Assembly (NCBI GenBank): GCA_027486675.1 | Contig: JAIXOQ010000017.1 | Span: 188,231-252,230 of the forward strand | Direction of reading: 5' to 3' | Origin: Pseudomonadota bacterium | GTDB taxonomy: Bacteria > Bdellovibrionota > UBA1018 > CAIMNF01 | Length of the DNA stretch: 64,000 bases | Part shown: piece after piece, positions 58,323 through 64,000 of the stretch | How the letters are laid out: every line of letters begins with the position of its first letter | Numbering within the stretch: position 1 is the stretch's first letter | Program-made: the position numbers and the translations under genes | Notes under the pieces: model-generated | Told to the model about the DNA's origin: nothing | Databases searched by the model: none | The model's input: only the letters and a program-made list of their open reading frames with translations

Positions 58323-59624
58323 ATGGAGCACTTCACTTACCTCACAGGCTTTGGGAATCATTTCGAAACTGAAGCCTTAGCAGGAGCACTCCCAAGACAC
58401 CAAAACTCTCCGCAAAAACACCCTTTGGGACTCTACGCTGAGCAACTCACCGGCTCTGCTTTCACCGCCCCTAGGGAGCGCAGCCTCAAAACCTGGCTTT
58501 ACAAGATTCGCCCATCGGTGGTCCAAGGAACTTTCAAAGAAAAGCCCCACAACACCTGGGTCACGACCGAGCGGACTGCAAAATTAAAAAGAATCCCAGA
58601 TGCGCTCCGTTGGGGGGCATTTCTGCCCGAAGACAAAGGAGCGAAAGATTTTTGGGAGTCGCTCTTCACCCTCTGTGTCAACGGAAGTGCGGAGTTGAGA
58701 CACGGTGGCGCTATCCATATGTTCGCCTGCAACTCTTCCATGGCAAAAAAATATGCGTACAACGCAGATGCCGAGATGATGATCGTGCCCTATCTTGGAG
58801 AACTAAAAATTGCGACCGAATGTGGTGCAATCACGATCGGTCCAAAATCGATCGCAGTGATCCCGCGTGGGATGAAGTTCAAAGTGGATCTCTTGTCCTC
58901 AGAAGCTCGTGGCTACGCACTTGAAAATTTCGGCGCCCCTTTTCAACTTCCAGGCCTTGGACCTATTGGCGCAAATGGATTAGCAGCAGGAAGAGATTTC
59001 GAAACCCCTGTAGCGGCTTATGAAGATCTCAGTGGAGCTTTTGAGCTCTTGACCCGCTATGGGGGAGTAAACTGGAGCGCTCCTCTCTCGCATTCACCGC
59101 TCGACACGGTTGCATGGCACGGAAATTACGTCCCCTACCGCTATAATCTCACCCATTTTAATACGATTGGGACCGTGAGCTTCGATCATCCGGATCCTTC
59201 CATTTTTACAGTGCTGACCTCACCGACCCATACGCCGGGTACTCCGAATTTTGATTTCGTGATCTTTCCGGAACGCTGGATGGTGGCAGAGAATACTTTT
59301 CGTCCACCCTACTACCACCGCAATACCATGAGCGAGTTCATGGGCCTGATCAGCGGGCAATACGACGCTAAAGAAACAGGTTTTGTTCCAGGCGGGGCAT
59401 CACTCCACAACTGCATGACGGGTCATGGCCCTGATGCCGATGCATTTACGAAGGCGACAGAAAAGGAGCTAGTTCCCGAAAAACAAAAAAGCACTCTGGC
59501 CTTCATGTGGGAAAGTGTTTTTCCTTATGGCACCACGGAACAAGCACTATCGATAGAAACGTGCGATTTTCAGTACACACAGTGTTGGCAAAACCTACCT
59601 AAGCTCTTTAGAAATTCCCCGTGA
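58323..59624 (+). CDS. hmgA: Homogentisate 1,2-dioxygenase
   Basis: 'GFGNHF.TEA', 'YAEQL.G.AFT', 'WHGNY.PY', 'DHPDPSIFTVLT', 'FRPPYYHRN.MSE', 'HGPD'. Confidence 0.97.
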   Translation: MEHFTYLTGFGNHFETEALAGALPRHQNSPQKHPLGLYAEQLTGSAFTAPRERSLKTWLYKIRPSVVQGTFKEKPHNTWVTTERTAKLKRIPDALRWGAFLPEDKGAKDFWESLFTLCVNGSAELRHGGAIHMFACNSSMAKKYAYNADAEMMIVPYLGELKIATECGAITIGPKSIAVIPRGMKFKVDLLSSEARGYALENFGAPFQLPGLGPIGANGLAAGRDFETPVAAYEDLSGAFELLTRYGGVNWSAPLSHSPLDTVAWHGNYVPYRYNLTHFNTIGTVSFDHPDPSIFTVLTSPTHTPGTPNFDFVIFPERWMVAENTFRPPYYHRNTMSEFMGLISGQYDAKETGFVPGGASLHNCMTGHGPDADAFTKATEKELVPEKQKSTLAFMWESVFPYGTTEQALSIETCDFQYTQCWQNLPKLFRNSP

Positions 59625-60250
59625 TTCAGAAAAAAACCGAGCGGGCCGCCTACATTTTACATCAGCTTGCACTTCTGTACCCGAACCCAAAACCACCTCT
59701 TCTGCACCAAGACGAGTTCACCCTTCTGATTGCTGTGCTGTTGTCGGCACAAACAACCGATGCTCGGGTAAACCTAGTGACGCCTCCTCTTTTCCTCGAG
59801 GCCTCAACTCCGCAAGCGATGGCCAACTTAAGTGCGGCACAAATATTAAAGCATATAAGAACCTGCGGGCTTGCGCCGACAAAAGCTAAGAACATCAAAC
59901 GCCTATCGGAGCTCCTCTTAGAGCGACATCAGGGCCAAGTACCACGCACTTTTTCAGAACTTGAGGCCTTGCCAGGCGTCGGACACAAGACAGCAAGTGT
60001 AGTCATGGCCGCATGTTTTAACACTCCTGCATTTCCGGTAGATACACACATTCATCGATTAGCCAAACGTTGGCGGCTATCGTCGGGGAAAAATGTGGAC
60101 ACGACCGAAAAAGATCTTAAGAAGGTATTTCCAGAAACTACCTGGAATACGCTTCATCTTCAGATTATCTTTTATGGCCGTGAACACTGCACCGCACGCG
60201 GATGTGACGGCAAGACATGCCCGATCTGTTCGTTCTTAAATCGAAGCTAA
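59621..60250 (+). CDS. nth: Endonuclease III
   Basis: 'LLSAQTTD', HhH 'LPGVGHKTA', 'PVDTH', C-terminal Fe-S Cys cluster. Confidence 0.96.
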   Translation: MIQKKTERAAYILHQLALLYPNPKPPLLHQDEFTLLIAVLLSAQTTDARVNLVTPPLFLEASTPQAMANLSAAQILKHIRTCGLAPTKAKNIKRLSELLLERHQGQVPRTFSELEALPGVGHKTASVVMAACFNTPAFPVDTHIHRLAKRWRLSSGKNVDTTEKDLKKVFPETTWNTLHLQIIFYGREHCTARGCDGKTCPICSFLNRS

Positions 60251-60266
60251 GAACGATCATCGATCC

Positions 60267-61220
60267 TTAAGTGGGTAAATAAACTGCGCGATCCCGCCCT
60301 AAGGCGAGTGCGGCAAGTGCTTCTCGGGTTTTCACTTTAGGCTGAAAAACAAACGCCTTTTGAAAAGCTGAGTCATCCACTACGACCGGATACTTAAAGT
60401 ATTCGAACAGATAGCGCGGCAACGAAAGCCCAAGCTTCGAGAGACCTGCGCCCACCCACCTCAGTCCAAGCGGAGGTACAGGAATAGCTAAAGCACGGGA
60501 TAACTCTATAGCCTTGCTATAGGACAGTACGCCTTCTCCTGCAAGGTTATACACCGCGCTTTCTTTTGCATCTAAAGCGAGAATAATGGCACGAGCGGCG
60601 TCTTGTTCGTCGATGAACTGAAACAAGGGATCAAAACCAAGCACACGGGGAGCAAGTCCCGCGCGTAGCATTGTGCAAATGGCATTCTGCACATTTTTTC
60701 CAACAACATTTGCGGCGCGCAGCACCACAGTCGTAGAGCCCCTCTCCCGCCACATAAAATTCGTAGCGGCATGATCCATCTCAACTGCGTCAGCGAGCTC
60801 CTTAAAGGTTTGAGAGGCGCGTAAAGGCGCATCCTCTTTCAGATAGAGCGCGTTCAATCGGTGTGCGCCATAGACATGGTAGGTTGAAAGCACGACGTGT
60901 TTAGGCACGGACGCCCTTTTCGCTAAATCTAAGAGCCGTTTCGTCCCAACAACATTGAGCTGAAAACGTTCGGTGGCGCTGACCTGTGCAGTTTCACGAA
61001 TACGACCTAAATGAATCAAGCCTTGAAACTGATGCTGATGAAACACCTCATCCATCCTGCGATGATTGTATTCTGCCTGAATATACTCTCCTGGGAACGT
61101 ACCCCGAAGGCGCTCAGGCCTGGGATCAACGCCAATCACTTTCCAGTTGGGAGATAACGATTGGGCGACCAAATGGGCCAATGCGCCAGATGCACCAGTG
61201 ATTAAGAGTTTGGGTTTCAT
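60267..61220 (-). CDS. NAD-dependent epimerase/dehydratase family protein
   Basis: 'LITGASG', 'NVVGT', 'VYGA', 'DPLFQFI', 'YNLAG'. Confidence 0.88.
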   Translation of the reverse strand: MKPKLLITGASGALAHLVAQSLSPNWKVIGVDPRPERLRGTFPGEYIQAEYNHRRMDEVFHQHQFQGLIHLGRIRETAQVSATERFQLNVVGTKRLLDLAKRASVPKHVVLSTYHVYGAHRLNALYLKEDAPLRASQTFKELADAVEMDHAATNFMWRERGSTTVVLRAANVVGKNVQNAICTMLRAGLAPRVLGFDPLFQFIDEQDAARAIILALDAKESAVYNLAGEGVLSYSKAIELSRALAIPVPPLGLRWVGAGLSKLGLSLPRYLFEYFKYPVVVDDSAFQKAFVFQPKVKTREALAALALGRDRAVYLPT

Positions 61221-61226
61221 GACTTC

Positions 61227-62126
61227 CTATTTCCCAAAAATAGCATTTCCTCTTTGACGTAAGCCCTCTTCCATTTCTTTCCTGAGCACCCCTTTGACCA
61301 CTTCCGTCTTTTCTCGGATCGCATCCTCGGATTCATGATGATCACCTTCAAAATGAATGGGCGCACCAAACCGGATCGTAACTTTTGTTGGAAGTGGAAC
61401 AAGCCCTAAAGCGCCCAGAAACGGGAAGAAAGGTGTAATGGGAAAATAAGGAGCGCCAATCAGCTTTGCGAGTGATTTTAAATTGTAAATACTCGGATAC
61501 ATCTCTTCCGTGCCTATAATGGCGACGGGAACAATGGGGGCTTTCGTTTCAAGCGCTAGACGAACAAATCCCGTGCCAAAACGCTGAAGTTCGTAGCGTT
61601 CTGTATAAAGCTTACCGCTGCCGCGCGCCCCCTCGGGAAAAACAAGCACACTTTGATCGTGGTTTAAAAGATCAAGGCAGTTTTCTGGATCGCCCACCAT
61701 GGCACCTAAGCGTGAAAAAAGGCCACTGACAAAAGGAAGTGTCGGCACAAAGCGCTCCACCATCGCGCGCCCAATTCGAGGAGGATCTGTCTCTAAAAAC
61801 AGCGCGAGGCCAATGATCATGGCATCCATAGGCAACTGGCCGCCGTGGTTTCCGACATAAAGCGCCCTACCATGAGGACAGTTTTCAAGGCCGCTGACTT
61901 CCACTCTGAAATATTTCGTATAGACCCAGTAAAGCAGCGGAGCCACTTTCCGCAATGTATCTGGGTGAAACCCCCAGCGATCAAAACCTGCGGAGTTCAA
62001 AGAGACCGAAAGCTTAGAAATTCTTTCTTCTAAACCAGGCACTGGAGGGAGCTGGTACTGATCGAGCTTTTCGAGCAATACCTTAATGCGCTCCCAGTCG
62101 GTTTCCTTAAGCAGCCTTGAGATCAT
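61227..62126 (-). CDS. Lysophospholipid/glycerol acyltransferase (PlsC family)
   Basis: 'GNHGGQLPMD', 'VFPEG', 'GFVRLA', 'PIVP'. Confidence 0.92.
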   Translation of the reverse strand: MISRLLKETDWERIKVLLEKLDQYQLPPVPGLEERISKLSVSLNSAGFDRWGFHPDTLRKVAPLLYWVYTKYFRVEVSGLENCPHGRALYVGNHGGQLPMDAMIIGLALFLETDPPRIGRAMVERFVPTLPFVSGLFSRLGAMVGDPENCLDLLNHDQSVLVFPEGARGSGKLYTERYELQRFGTGFVRLALETKAPIVPVAIIGTEEMYPSIYNLKSLAKLIGAPYFPITPFFPFLGALGLVPLPTKVTIRFGAPIHFEGDHHESEDAIREKTEVVKGVLRKEMEEGLRQRGNAIFGK

Positions 62127-62144
62127 CTTAGGAGTCAGTGTGCC

Positions 62145-62172
62145 TTATTGGCTGGGAAGAAACCGACTCTAA
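62145..62172 (-). promoter_or_regulatory. Putative sigma28-type promoter
   Basis: Minus strand TTAG-N16-GCCAATAA, 18 nt upstream of ATG 62126. Confidence 0.3.
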
Positions 62173-63974
62173 AAGGTGTTTTCAGGCCCGAATGATTTCT
62201 TTGCAATCTCCTCAAGCTCAGCCTTGAGTTTTAAGCGTTCTTCGGCAGGCAATGAGTCCTTCAGATCTACGCCGATTGCGGTGTACCTATCAAACTTGCA
62301 GGCCACAGAGTTCGGCATGTCATAACAAGAGGTCCCTGCTGTTCCGCAGCGACTGCCCTCGGTTCCGGCGTCACATAGGGAGTTCTTGACCTCTCCCATT
62401 CCTGCAGTCTTGACCGGAAACCCAGCCTTGAGGACCAGCTTTGCCACAGAGAGGGCCCGATTCTGTGAGAGCTTGAGGTTCCTTTGTTCGCCATTCTTTT
62501 TTGCCCGCACCTGATCGGCAAAACCCAGAATCGCGATCACATCAATTTTATCGCTATAGGGCTTCAGCAGTGCAAGATAGCCTGCCATCGCTTGATTGGA
62601 CCCCTTGGTGAGACCACTTTCCTTAGATTTAAACGTGAGAATTGTCTTTGTTTTCACCTCCGCGGACTGAAACAAAACATCTGCCTGCTTGATCGAAAGC
62701 GGAGTGGGCGCCGTAGCCTCGACTGCAGGCACTGTCGGAGGGATCGACTGCAAGACTGGGACGTCAGCGGCACTCAGCTCGGTCTTCAACTTCGCAGCTG
62801 CCGCAGCCTCTGCGGCAGCTCTAGCCGCTGCTGCTTGATCCGATGCTTGATCTGCTGGTGCTTTTTCTTCGGCTTCTTTTGCTGCTTTTTCTGCCGCCAA
62901 AATCTCTTCGCCGGTCAAAACTTTTCCTGGATCTTTTTTACCTTGATCCGTGACTTGTTTTTCCTCTATAGGGGCAGGGTCAGCCTTTTTCTTTCCGGCC
63001 TTTCCATTCGCCATGCGTGCGGACTCGGGTGAAGGGTCTTTCTTGCTTCGGTCTTTCACCCCAGCCTTTGGACCATTCCACACTTGCCCAAGATTTGCGT
63101 CTACTTTGTCTGCCTTGATCTTAAACTGAACATCTAAACCGCCCGACTCAAAATAAACACCATCTGCCACAACAAAACGCATCTTACGAAGATCAGGATC
63201 CGCGTACACCTTGCTTGCAGCAAGAAGGCCTTTCACCGTTTTTAGATCGGGAAAATACTCAGTGAGTTCGATCTCAACTTTGCCGTTTTGTGAAAGAGCG
63301 TCATTCCCTGGCTCCTGTCCAATGAGGGAGCTTCCTTCAGCAAAAGGAGCATATTCTTTCTTTAACGGGATCTTTGCAAACTCACCTCCACCCACGAGCT
63401 TCATTGCTGGAAGCGCACCCGATCTTGGCTTTTCACCATTGCATTGGGAGACATCGACCAAACAAATGATCTGTTCACTATTTAGGCCTGCAGTTTTTCC
63501 AGCTGGCAGATATTTCTTTAGACCATAAAGAACGAGTTTGACTGATGTGACAGACTCAATCGCCTCTTCGGCTGGCATGGCAAAGAATCCGCGGAATTTA
63601 TAAATATTTTTAAAATTAAACTTCTCAAGACTCAAGGTATCTACGTACGAAGCATGAAACAGATCGGTGCTGGGCTCTAAATCACCGTCCCCTTTCTTTC
63701 CGACTTCAATCTTTGGCAGCTTCGCCTCTTTGCCCGTCTCTAGCTCGTCGTCATCGATCGTCGAATAACGCTTCAGCGCACCCGCTGAAATCGCAGTTCC
63801 CGCATCTTTGTTGAGCTCAACGACCACCGGCATGTCGGCTGAAGAAACCTTTGCAGCAGTGGAAGCGTCTGTTTTCGTGCCTGGAGGAGTCACCCGAACG
63901 GCTAGATTTTTTCCACAGCCAGCCAACAGACTGACTAGGACAAACGCGATTGTGGGTGTGCGTAAAATATGCAT
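62169..63974 (-). CDS. Lipoprotein with Ala/Lys-rich linker and C-terminal OmpA-like peptidoglycan-binding domain
   Basis: Lipobox LAG-C, SD GGAGG; 'ILGFAD', 'NLKLSQNRA.SV', 'GMGE', 'DR' OmpA-like motifs. Confidence 0.8.
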   Translation of the reverse strand: MHILRTPTIAFVLVSLLAGCGKNLAVRVTPPGTKTDASTAAKVSSADMPVVVELNKDAGTAISAGALKRYSTIDDDELETGKEAKLPKIEVGKKGDGDLEPSTDLFHASYVDTLSLEKFNFKNIYKFRGFFAMPAEEAIESVTSVKLVLYGLKKYLPAGKTAGLNSEQIICLVDVSQCNGEKPRSGALPAMKLVGGGEFAKIPLKKEYAPFAEGSSLIGQEPGNDALSQNGKVEIELTEYFPDLKTVKGLLAASKVYADPDLRKMRFVVADGVYFESGGLDVQFKIKADKVDANLGQVWNGPKAGVKDRSKKDPSPESARMANGKAGKKKADPAPIEEKQVTDQGKKDPGKVLTGEEILAAEKAAKEAEEKAPADQASDQAAAARAAAEAAAAAKLKTELSAADVPVLQSIPPTVPAVEATAPTPLSIKQADVLFQSAEVKTKTILTFKSKESGLTKGSNQAMAGYLALLKPYSDKIDVIAILGFADQVRAKKNGEQRNLKLSQNRALSVAKLVLKAGFPVKTAGMGEVKNSLCDAGTEGSRCGTAGTSCYDMPNSVACKFDRYTAIGVDLKDSLPAEERLKLKAELEEIAKKSFGPENTF

Positions 63975-64000
63975 AAAACTGCCTCCGATTTAAAGCTTCG

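Noticed and set aside
1..64000. CRISPR array, rRNA, tRNA, tmRNA, RNase P or SRP RNA
   Set aside because: No regularly spaced direct repeats and no T-loop/CCA or other diagnostic motifs seen in the few intergenic gaps; the slot after secG, often a tRNA-Leu, is filled by an overlapping CDS.

Overview
A gene-dense bacterial chromosome segment with about 60 CDS, mostly housekeeping and metabolic. The gene set (stand-alone spirochaete/delta-type EF-G, GYF-like and SpoIID proteins, many orphan secreted proteins and lipoproteins, an HNH of a type common in predatory bacteria, sigma28-like promoters) suggests a Bdellovibrionota-like organism; that assignment is inference only. Recognisable genes: icd, folB, folK-folP, a CofE-like ligase, tldD/tldE, rlmN, ivd-type acyl-CoA dehydrogenase, lptE, alr, nadB, gpx, dedA, a deoxyhypusine-synthase-like gene, udg, trhO, gap-pgk-tpiA-secG, fusA, orn, xth, nagB, rpmB, typA, hmgA and nth. 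I found no rRNA, tRNA, CRISPR array or intact transposase/integrase. Most worth follow-up: (1) a class I HMG-CoA reductase fused to an apparently catalytically dead APH/choline-kinase-like domain; (2) a ~125-150 bp intergenic element with a perfect 25-bp inverted repeat enclosing two hairpins (20727-20849); (3) a ~1.1 kb accessory patch with a stand-alone HNH domain abutting a ~190-nt multi-hairpin region, plus a frameshifted ORF6N remnant; (4) a degenerate HDOD/STAS/receiver signalling operon; (5) a Chlamydia-style folate operon; (6) a secreted methyltransferase-like protein. Window-wide patterns are convergent genes sharing stop codons and many probable leaderless starts. All calls come from motif reading by eye; no searches were run.
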